From Diplonema japonicum (lineage: Eukaryota; Protista; Euglenozoa: Diplonemea), in the NCBI GenBank assembly GCA_964019335.1, contig OZ025748.1, positions 248,001 through 312,000 on the forward strand: a DNA stretch of 64,000 nucleotides. Direction: 5' to 3'. A model generated the notes under the pieces. It was not told the origin of the DNA and searched no databases. It worked only from the letters and a program-made list of their open reading frames with translations. Below are positions 55,927 through 64,000 of this stretch, piece after piece (within the stretch, counting starts at the first letter, position 1; each line of letters opens with the position of its first letter). A program made the position numbers and the translations under genes.

Positions 55927-56311
55927 AAGAAGAAGAAAAAAAGAGGGGAAAAAAAGAAGAAAAAAGAACGCCCTGACGCTGAGGAACATCTTTGTGGAAA
56001 AACCAACGGAAAGCAATCCAATACCTCGAAGACACCGGGGACCTGCCCCCCTCCGCAACAACTCCACAACAACCATCTAACCTGCTGAAGTAGCATGCCG
56101 ATCAGAAGGCGGCTGAGGCACTTGTCATTTAATCAGAATCCCGAGATCGCATCCCTGATCCCCAAATAGAGAGTGTACCATCCTGTTTCTCGCGGAAACA
56201 GAGAACCTACCCCCTCCCCACCACAGCACCCGACCAATCAGATGCAGCAGTGTGAAAAAAAAAAAGCCCCCCTCCCCAAACAAACAAACATTTCCCCACC
56301 CCCGATAATAT

Positions 56312-56473
56312 GCTTAATTCCTGGTACGTGGGAGGCTCCTCTTGAGGATGTCAGTCACTTTTTCCCTTTTTTATTCGACTCTCTGTTTTCGTATGCAGTA
56401 TTTATTCTTTTCCACCCCCCCCTTTTTACCTATTTTTTCGCTTCTCTACTCAAACATAAAATCATTTCAGTAG
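56312..56473. repeat. ~160-bp interspersed element, copy 1
   Basis: Matches 56930-57083; flanked by CCACCCCCGATAA at 56296-56308 and 56474-56486. Confidence 0.85.
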
Positions 56474-56929
56474 CCACCCCCGATAACGTATAATTAAGAA
56501 AAAATATGGGGGGGAAAGGATTCTGAGGTCCGGCACCCTTAGTAGTCAAAAAAAAAAAAGAAAAGAACAAAAAGTGTAAAGTGTTAAACAGCCAGCAAAG
56601 CTTGTGGAAAGAGAACACCAAGAAAAAATAAGAGAGAGAAGAAAAAAAGACCAGGACACCCCCTCCCCGGTCGTGAGAGGCCTATGGGTGTGGCACGCCA
56701 TGTCACAGACCTCGCACCCTATTATCTAGTTTCCACCCTTTCCATTTTCTTTCCAATTTTAATCTTTTTACTACCCTTTCTGCTTTTCGGTCCCGGGTAT
56801 GACGTTAAACTGCGTCCGCCGACGCGTCTGAACCAGCACTTCCTGGCGACCAGGCCGTCTTTTCTCTTTTCCTACTTCACTTCGTTCCGTTATTTTCATT
56901 ATTCTGGCCGGGCCATGGAAGCAACCTCT

Positions 56930-57083
56930 GCTTAATTCCTGGTACGTGGGAGGCTCCTCTTGAGGATGTCAGTCACTTTTTATTCGACTCTCTGTTTTCG
57001 TATGCAGTATTTATTCTTTTCCACCCCCCCCTTTTTACCTATTTCTTTCGCTTCTCTACTCTAACTTAAAACCATTTCAGTTG
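56930..57083. repeat. ~160-bp interspersed element, copy 2
   Basis: Matches 56312-56473; flanked by CCTCT at 56925-56929 and 57084-57088. Confidence 0.85.
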
Positions 57084-57418
57084 CCTCTAACTGCACTACC
57101 TTGTGGGCGCCGTTTAGACGCAACCAGAGGCTCTGCAGGTTTTTAACTCTTAAGATTAGCTTTTAAGACTTCTCACAGCTTTGCTGTACCAACCCCAGCG
57201 ACCAACAATGGGGACTTACTTCACCGTAGGTCACTCTGCAGGGTCGCATTTATGTAGACCCAAATACGAAACTGTTCTCCCCCCGTTCGTCGTTGAAAAC
57301 CGAAGTTTTCGAGGGCTTTCTTCCGAAAAAAGCCCGTTTTTGATAAAATGCCTTTTGACCGCACAACTAGAGACTCCCCACCTCTACATCCTACATCCTG
57401 AGAAATCCGCTCAGCCCC

Positions 57419-58166
57419 TTGCACGCGAAGGGGGTCCATGCGAGACACGGCGACGGTGCGAAGGACTCGGTGATGCTTTCGATCAACAAGACGATGTGCA
57501 CCGTTGGGGAGGGAGAGCTCTCCCTGGAGATGGTGTACTGGGGGGGATCGACAAGCTGTGAGGGGACGGGGCAGCTGCTGCGGCTGATCGAGGGGAAGTG
57601 CGTGGAGACGCAGCTCGGGTCGGCGCTGTTCAACGTGTCTCTGTCCTCGAGCGAGATCTGCACGATGATGCAGTTCCTGACCGACGCGTGGAAGGGGGGA
57701 CTGAGGCTGAGGGGATACCTCGGCTCCAACTGCACGGGGCTGGTGACAGAGAATGGCATGATCCCGACGAAGGTCCCCTCGTGCGGGGCGGAGCCGCAGT
57801 GCAAGGGGTGCTGCGCTCTGGAACAGCAAGGGCTGCACGAAGACCGGGCAGTTCAAGAAGGTTCTGACCTCGTGCCGGAAGGTGGCGGGGTCTTGGGAGG
57901 GCGGGCTCGTGAGCACCGGCTACAGCAACGACAAGTGCACCTCTGTGGACAACACCGAGTACTACCTTGGGCTCCCGCTCTACATGAACGACGGGTCGAA
58001 GCAGCTGTGCAGCGAGACCGTTGACAGCTACCTCGGTGTCTCCATGGAGGCAGACTTCGTGGCACCCCTCACCATCGACACCTACTGCAAGTGGGTGGAG
58101 CTCAACACGAAGTTCGGTGTCGACGGCTTCCTTACTTGGAACCAGTTCAAGGAGTTTCAATTGTGA
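57419..58166 (+). pseudogene. 5'-truncated, frameshifted gene for a Cys-containing secreted-type protein
   Basis: GC3-rich coding signal in the frame of 57419 up to ~57810, then in the frame ending 58166 (LWNSKGCTKTGQF...KEFQL*); no start codon or signal peptide visible. Confidence 0.65.
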
Positions 58167-58937
58167 CTAAATTAACCAGCTGACTGTGAAACTCCACCGT
58201 CTGCTGGACTTGTTGGGCTTTCGGGAGCCAAAATTCAATTCAATTAAGTTTCGTTCTTCAATTTTTTTTTTCTTCTTCTTTTTTTTCTTTTTTTTTTCTC
58301 AAAATAAAGGAATTCAAATCAAGCTCGATCGTGTACACCGAAGCTTGAATCATCTGTCCTTCTTTTTTTCTTCTTTTTTTTTTTCTTTTTTCTTTCTATA
58401 TGAAAGGTGAGTGAAAAATTTGAATAACACTGGGGGCGGGGGGCAGGGGCCTGGTAATGGAAAATAAGGGAAGACACTGGGGAGGGAGGTGAAAAGAAAG
58501 GATAGGAGTGAAGCCAGAGTCGAGAGATTGAGTTAGAAACAATTCAGTGTCTTACATTCCTGGTTTGTTTCACGGGTGGCCCTCAACAGGGGCTTGCCCT
58601 TTTTTTCTCTTTTTTCTCTCTCTCTTTTTTTTTTTCTTTTTGCTTTCGGGAGGAATTCCTTAGAAATTATGTCACATAAGGGACAAAGTACAACCTTTTT
58701 CATGATTTCTCATTTGTTTTCTGTCTGTCTTATATGTTGTTCATATAAGCGAGACATGTATTCCTTCCTCTTATTCGGAAAAAAATAAAAAATAAAAAAA
58801 AATATATAAAATAGAGGTACTCTCTCTCCCTGTTCTTCTATTATATCCGTTCTGGACTTTTCTTTTTCGAATTTTGTGTCTTCCATTATTCTATCTTGCT
58901 TGTACTCTTCTCAGGGGAAGGGGCAGCCCGGTACACG

Positions 58938-60203
58938 ATGGAGGTCAGCCCGCACAAGAAAAACACACGCGTGAAGGGGTCGTACCACTACTTACATTCA
59001 TGCGGGAGACAGGATCAAAAGTTCTTTCCGTTCAGCGGGGTGCCGACCACCCTGAAGGTGGGGAAGGCACTGGACAAGATCTATGATGTGAGACACGAAT
59101 ATTCAAGCAAACACAAAAGGTCGCGAACGCCTCGTCTGGTTGACAAGACGGGCACGAAGAAGGTGCTGTTAAGAAGCAGCACACCGAAAAAGGAGACTAT
59201 CGTGCCTGAGGGCCCTGACTGCTGCACGTACGACCCATTGAAGGCAATGAAAGAGGTGAAACAGAGGGGGAGGATTGACATACGAATCAGCGCAGCGAAG
59301 AGGATGGACGAAGCTCTGTCACCAGTGCAGAGAGAAGAGAAAGCAAAGGAGTACGAGGATATGCAGAAGACGTTGCACACCCGAGAGAAGTCCAACGAGC
59401 CAGTACAACGCATGAACAAAGCGGTCAAACATGTTCCGGGGGTCGACTTCTCAAAACACCACCCACACCCCTCCCTCCAGCCAAGACCGCCATCTCCGCC
59501 TGCGACACCCGTTTCCGCTGAAACCTCTGCTAGTCCCATCCCTGCTGTCCTCTCTGCTCCCCCACCTGTTGCTATCCATCACAGGCCCTCCACACCACCT
59601 GGGGGCATGTTTGGTCAAAAGCGGAAGACCCTCGATTCCTACTCTTGGAATCCGTCGTCGTACCCCGCTGCAGGTCGCGCGATTGAGTTCCAAGATAAGA
59701 TCAGCTACCGCGCGCAGGACAGGCACACCCCACGTGTGTCCATGGGCAGAGCGTCAGGACGCGAGCGGGACAACAGATCAAAGGACAACTGCGAGGCGCT
59801 TGAACGCATCATGAAGAAGGTGAACAGACAGCAAGCCGTGCGTGATAAAAAGGCTTCTTTTGTCGAGGAGGACAGGCAGTCGACATTCAAGAAGTGCAGG
59901 GGGGTCGATATCTGGCTGTCCGGGGGGCGCATGGGCATGGCCGTGCAAGGGTACTGTGAGGGCTCTGACAACGCGCGCTCTGCAGCGTGGGTTGCTAATG
60001 AGGCGCAGTCCATCAACAGAAGGGTGAAAAACGAGATGCATGTGAACGAGCCTGCCAGGGAGAGAGGGAAGAAAGGAGCGAAACTCAAGCCCTCCACGCC
60101 TGCACCAGCTCTTGTGGAGCACGCTACGGAGCTGGAGACACCTTCGGAGCCGTCGCCGATGGCGGCTGATGCCGCGGACATCGCTGTTGATTTCGAGGAA
60201 TAG
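58938..60203 (+). CDS. Basic, low-complexity hypothetical protein
   Basis: ~421-aa ORF from the first ATG after a pyrimidine tract and CAG; no family recognised. Confidence 0.75.
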   Translation: MEVSPHKKNTRVKGSYHYLHSCGRQDQKFFPFSGVPTTLKVGKALDKIYDVRHEYSSKHKRSRTPRLVDKTGTKKVLLRSSTPKKETIVPEGPDCCTYDPLKAMKEVKQRGRIDIRISAAKRMDEALSPVQREEKAKEYEDMQKTLHTREKSNEPVQRMNKAVKHVPGVDFSKHHPHPSLQPRPPSPPATPVSAETSASPIPAVLSAPPPVAIHHRPSTPPGGMFGQKRKTLDSYSWNPSSYPAAGRAIEFQDKISYRAQDRHTPRVSMGRASGRERDNRSKDNCEALERIMKKVNRQQAVRDKKASFVEEDRQSTFKKCRGVDIWLSGGRMGMAVQGYCEGSDNARSAAWVANEAQSINRRVKNEMHVNEPARERGKKGAKLKPSTPAPALVEHATELETPSEPSPMAADAADIAVDFEE

Positions 60204-60364
60204 CAATATTTTGACTTTTTTTTTTTCCATTCTTTGTTGAGTATTCGTCCCTCCGCTCTCCCCCATCTTCGATTGCGAAAAAATCCTTCTCTGCCTTCGT
60301 GTTCGTGTTTTATTCTGATTTTAATGTACCTCTTTCACTATCGCCCCATAGGGAGAGATATGCA

Positions 60365-63300
60365 ATGGACGCACCCCGCAGGCGGTCTGCTTCCATGGGC
60401 GTGGCCTCTGCCCTTGCCCGGAAGCAGGTGCTGCAACAAGAACGGAGCAAAATAAAAAAGTACACCTTTGCAGAGGAGCACTACGACGCGGCTGAGATCG
60501 AGCGCAGGAAGAAGGAACAGATGGAGAACGAGGTCGCGAAGGCAAGGCGTGCAACGGAGGCAGCTCTCAGACACGCGGAAGAAGTGGAAGGGCTAAAGGA
60601 CAGGGTGTCCGACGAGCTGGCAAAGAAGGAGAAAGAAATGGCCGCAATCCAACAAGACGTTGCGGTGCAGACCAAGAAAGCACAGGAGAAGATAAGGTCA
60701 TACGAGATGCAGTATCGATACCTGTCTGAAGAGCTGGTGGACAAGAAGAACGAGGAAAAGGAAATTCGAAGAGAAGTGTCATACATGAAACGCAAAGTGG
60801 AGGAAACCCGCGAGAACGCAGCCTGGGAGCGCGACACTGCGGTGCAGGCACTGCAGGTTGCGATCAAAAAAGAAGGGAACATCAACAGAGAGCTCGAGGG
60901 TCTACCTGAGAAAATCGAGTCCGAGATGAAAAAAAAGCTAGAGAAGGAAATAGGAAAGGGCGACCTCAAAAAATTTGACCAAGAGGAGATGATCAAGGCG
61001 ATCGTAGCCCGTGTGACAGACGGGTACAACCTGCAGCACGCGCTGACGGATTTAGTGGAGAGCCTTAAGGCGCAGCTTGAGGTTGAAATACCTTCTGTAA
61101 GTACTGTGTCCAGCCATGAAAGCGATGTGTCCCCTGTATTCCCCTTCATGCCCGATCCTGAACCTGAAGCACCTCCCACACCAAGCTCTTCGTTCCTTGA
61201 TGGTAACGATGCTGACTATCTCCTCATGCAAGTCGAACATCCTAACTGCCGCATGCTGCGCAGCATGTCGCCCTGTTTTATGAGGCTGCAGCAAAGTCTG
61301 CAGGCTTCGGCGTCAGCCGCGCTTTGTGTCCTTGTCGCCGCCGCCCTCCCAGATTTGACTGACTACTTCAAAAACTGGGTCCCCGAAACCCTTTGCCTCA
61401 ACTTGCGGTTAGGCGACTCAGGTGAAATGACGACAACCTGCGTGCGGCTCATCACAGCCGAGGACGGCACTGCCACCTACGAAGCTGACCTCGAGATCTC
61501 CCGAGACGCTATGGCATCCTTGTCCCCCAGATCCCCTGCTGCACGATCGCGTTCACGATCCAGATCACGACCCTCTTCATCTGTGCAGAGAACACCAAAC
61601 AGACAATTAAGCCAGACACGGCTCTCAGCAACCCCAAACAGAAGGCCCACTCAAGAGGAACGCATGACAAAACACCTCCAGAGAAAACTGGAGTACGAGG
61701 TTGAAGCCAAGAAACGGGCGGTCATGAAAGCAGAACAGCTGGAAAAGGACAGAGAACATGCGGAGAAAGAGCGGAGACGGAAGGAAGCGCAAACCATCAT
61801 ACGGAATAAACTGACTCCGAAGAAAGTAGCACCGAAGAGGGAGCCTCCAAACGCACCTACGTCGCCGGTGCAAGAACTTCTAACGAGTGCCATGGTGCAC
61901 ACGTCGGTGGAGGAACTGGTCCCGCACATGTTACTGAGGGAGAAGATCGACCAGGTGGTCAGCGATCTGAAGAAAGAAGACTCTGTGCAGGGCAGTGAAA
62001 ACGGTACCTCCGTCACGGGACCTATGTACCCAGTTCCCCATCTTCACTTCCATCAAGAACAGCGATCACCGCGAACAACACTACAGACACACTCCGCCTC
62101 TCTGCAAACAGACCGGGCACCTGACACAGGTGACGTTGCCGACCGCTTGCGAAGGTACTCGCTAGCAGTGGCGAAGGGCACCGGTATCAATATCGTAGAT
62201 GAGACGATGACGAAGCGTCCCTCTAAACCACAGGTGCTGACGCCCAAGGGGAAGCGCAGCAGTGCCACCGTGATCCAACTGCACTCTGAGACGCCCGATC
62301 TAGGAAGCACACAGCAGAGGCTTGCCAACTACTCGTTCCCCTTGCACGAAGCCACACGGCACTCGCCTCCTGGCAATGCACACATGTACCCAACGTCGCC
62401 CTCTTCCATGCGAACAGCGAAGTCGTCGCCCAACTCAAAGTCTGTGCGGGTAGATGCTAGTGCCAGGGCTCCTTCTGTTCCTGAATCGGTGGTTAGCCCT
62501 AATGTCCGTCTCCACGCTGCGGAGCAGCCTGAGCATTCTACGTCACCTGCGGGCAGCCCAAGGTCGGGAGCGGGTTCCATGCGGTCACTCCCTTCCGCTG
62601 CGAGCTTCGACGTTCAAGAGCAAATGCGCCAACAGCAGAAACGAGAAATGGAGCTTGAAAGGATCCTTCAGGAGCAAGACCTGAACAGCAGCAACAACAG
62701 CACTATGAAAAAAGAGTATACCCCGCAGCACATGCCCATCCAGCAGCAGCAGCGGCCCGACCTCTCGGTGCAGACACGTCCCGACGATGCCACAGTCCTT
62801 TCCCAAGCGTCGCCCATCTACAGTCAGGGCAGGTCCGTGGTGGCTCTCGATGGCTTGCTCCCCCCAATGGCCATGGACAAGGTCTCCTTTATTGATGACG
62901 CCATACAGCTGCCGCACGGTTCTCCTTACGAAGGATGGGTGAGTCCTTTCGACCAGATCCCAACCCCGCCCTCCAGCACTCACGCATCGAAGACGTCTTT
63001 AATGCGCTACAGTCCTTCAAGCAACAGCCCCCGCGGTTTGGCGACAACACTGCCGCAAGACATGCTGCCATCCTCTGCATCTGATGACAACGAGCGCCAC
63101 ATGCGTGCTCAGCAGCTCCTTCGGCAACAGCAGCAGCTGCTGCATCATGAGCACAACTCTCAAGTTCCAACTGTCCAACAGGTGCACCAACATTCTCCCC
63201 AGCAGCAGCAACACCACCATCAACAGGCACGCTATCTGCAACATCAGCTGCAACAGCCTCAACAACAGTTCCAACATTCTCAGCAACCACAACACACTCA

Positions 63301-64000
63301 GCAGCAACGACAGCCACAACATCCACAACCACAGCAGCATCAGCCACACCCACAACCACAGCAGCATCAGCCACAACAGCCACAGCCACAACATCTACAA
63401 CCACAGCAGCATCAGCCACAACAGCAACACCCGCAACCACTGCAACATCAGCTGCAACAGCCACAACCACAACAGCCACAACCACAACCACAACAGCAAC
63501 ACCCACAACCACGGCAGCAACCACAACCACAACCACAACAGCATCAGCTACAAAAGCAGCATGCACAAGATCAGGAGACACTCGGATCTCTACAAAGTAC
63601 ACCGCTGCAGCTTCCAGCAGAACAGCCACAGCAACTGCAACCACAGGAACGGAAGCAACTTCCCACAGAGCCGCCACGACAAGAAGAGAAGCCACCCCAG
63701 ACAACTGTGCGTAAACAAGATGATATCCCCACCACCACCACCACCACCCCCCCTGCGCAAACAAGTCAACTAGCCGGGGACCAAGAGCAAAAAGAAAAGG
63801 AGCAGAGCCCTGAGAGAGTGGAGAGCCCGACGGGGAACATCCTTAGCGACACGGAGAGCATCGTAAGTGACACTGCACTGTACAATATGAGGCTTCTGTC
63901 GCAGGTAAGACACACGGTGACGGCGGAGCTGAACAAGGCGTGGGATGAAGCATTCGAAGACAAGAAAGAGGATAAAAAAGAGGATAAGAAGGAGACACAG
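60365..64000 (+). CDS. Large coiled-coil protein with RS segment and Gln/Pro/His-rich region (3'-truncated by window edge)
   Basis: MDAPRRRSASMGV... reads open to the window end (~1212 codons), so it is missing from the ORF track; N-terminal coiled coil, RSRSRSRSR at ~61545, Q/P/H repeats ~63110-63640. Confidence 0.85.
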   Translation, partial: MDAPRRRSASMGVASALARKQVLQQERSKIKKYTFAEEHYDAAEIERRKKEQMENEVAKARRATEAALRHAEEVEGLKDRVSDELAKKEKEMAAIQQDVAVQTKKAQEKIRSYEMQYRYLSEELVDKKNEEKEIRREVSYMKRKVEETRENAAWERDTAVQALQVAIKKEGNINRELEGLPEKIESEMKKKLEKEIGKGDLKKFDQEEMIKAIVARVTDGYNLQHALTDLVESLKAQLEVEIPSVSTVSSHESDVSPVFPFMPDPEPEAPPTPSSSFLDGNDADYLLMQVEHPNCRMLRSMSPCFMRLQQSLQASASAALCVLVAAALPDLTDYFKNWVPETLCLNLRLGDSGEMTTTCVRLITAEDGTATYEADLEISRDAMASLSPRSPAARSRSRSRSRPSSSVQRTPNRQLSQTRLSATPNRRPTQEERMTKHLQRKLEYEVEAKKRAVMKAEQLEKDREHAEKERRRKEAQTIIRNKLTPKKVAPKREPPNAPTSPVQELLTSAMVHTSVEELVPHMLLREKIDQVVSDLKKEDSVQGSENGTSVTGPMYPVPHLHFHQEQRSPRTTLQTHSASLQTDRAPDTGDVADRLRRYSLAVAKGTGINIVDETMTKRPSKPQVLTPKGKRSSATVIQLHSETPDLGSTQQRLANYSFPLHEATRHSPPGNAHMYPTSPSSMRTAKSSPNSKSVRVDASARAPSVPESVVSPNVRLHAAEQPEHSTSPAGSPRSGAGSMRSLPSAASFDVQEQMRQQQKREMELERILQEQDLNSSNNSTMKKEYTPQHMPIQQQQRPDLSVQTRPDDATVLSQASPIYSQGRSVVALDGLLPPMAMDKVSFIDDAIQLPHGSPYEGWVSPFDQIPTPPSSTHASKTSLMRYSPSSNSPRGLATTLPQDMLPSSASDDNERHMRAQQLLRQQQQLLHHEHNSQVPTVQQVHQHSPQQQQHHHQQARYLQHQLQQPQQQFQHSQQPQHTQQQRQPQHPQPQQHQPHPQPQQHQPQQPQPQHLQPQQHQPQQQHPQPLQHQLQQPQPQQPQPQPQQQHPQPRQQPQPQPQQHQLQKQHAQDQETLGSLQSTPLQLPAEQPQQLQPQERKQLPTEPPRQEEKPPQTTVRKQDDIPTTTTTTPPAQTSQLAGDQEQKEKEQSPERVESPTGNILSDTESIVSDTALYNMRLLSQVRHTVTAELNKAWDEAFEDKKEDKKEDKKETQ

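Noticed and set aside
55965-56130. Possible 3' end of a non-LTR retrotransposon (TLRNIFVEKP/RKAIQYLEDTG)
   Set aside because: Needs a frameshift and has no RT or zinc-finger motif and no tail; too weak to call.
56311-57085. TRIM / mini LTR retrotransposon (repeats can be read TG...CA)
   Set aside because: No shared outer TSD, PBS or PPT; similarity extends past the CA; each copy has its own flanking duplication.

Overview
Eukaryotic nuclear DNA, most likely a euglenozoan of the diplonemid type. This is inferred from about 23 genes that all lie on the + strand like a polycistronic cluster, short GT-AG introns, and intergenic DNA packed with A/T/C/G homopolymers. Recognisable genes: palmitoyl-protein thioesterase, a SNAP-25-type SNARE, a RECQL4-like helicase, Rab geranylgeranyltransferase alpha, a CCCH zinc-finger protein, a Kelch protein, an F-box/LRR protein, two near-identical cathepsin L-like proteases, aldose 1-epimerase, a duplicated SRPBCC-like protein, a frameshifted Cys-rich multi-TM surface protein, a ubiquitin-like + BspA-type LRR protein, and a >1200-aa Gln/Pro-rich ORF that runs off the right end. 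Most notable observations: (1) a 5-exon, ~1729-aa gene whose degenerate kinesin motor domain is split by two LamG domains and followed by an IQ-like motif and a caspase-like fold; (2) a 2.6-kb TIR element with TAA target duplication carrying tRNA-like A/B-box cassettes around a decayed cargo ORF; (3) 40-54 nt introns made mostly of poly(A), with no polypyrimidine tract; (4) an LRR array whose variation is confined to a few codon positions; (5) a dispersed degenerate intergenic element, a MITE, a SINE-like pair, and nested recent duplications. All family assignments come from motif recognition by eye; no searches were run.
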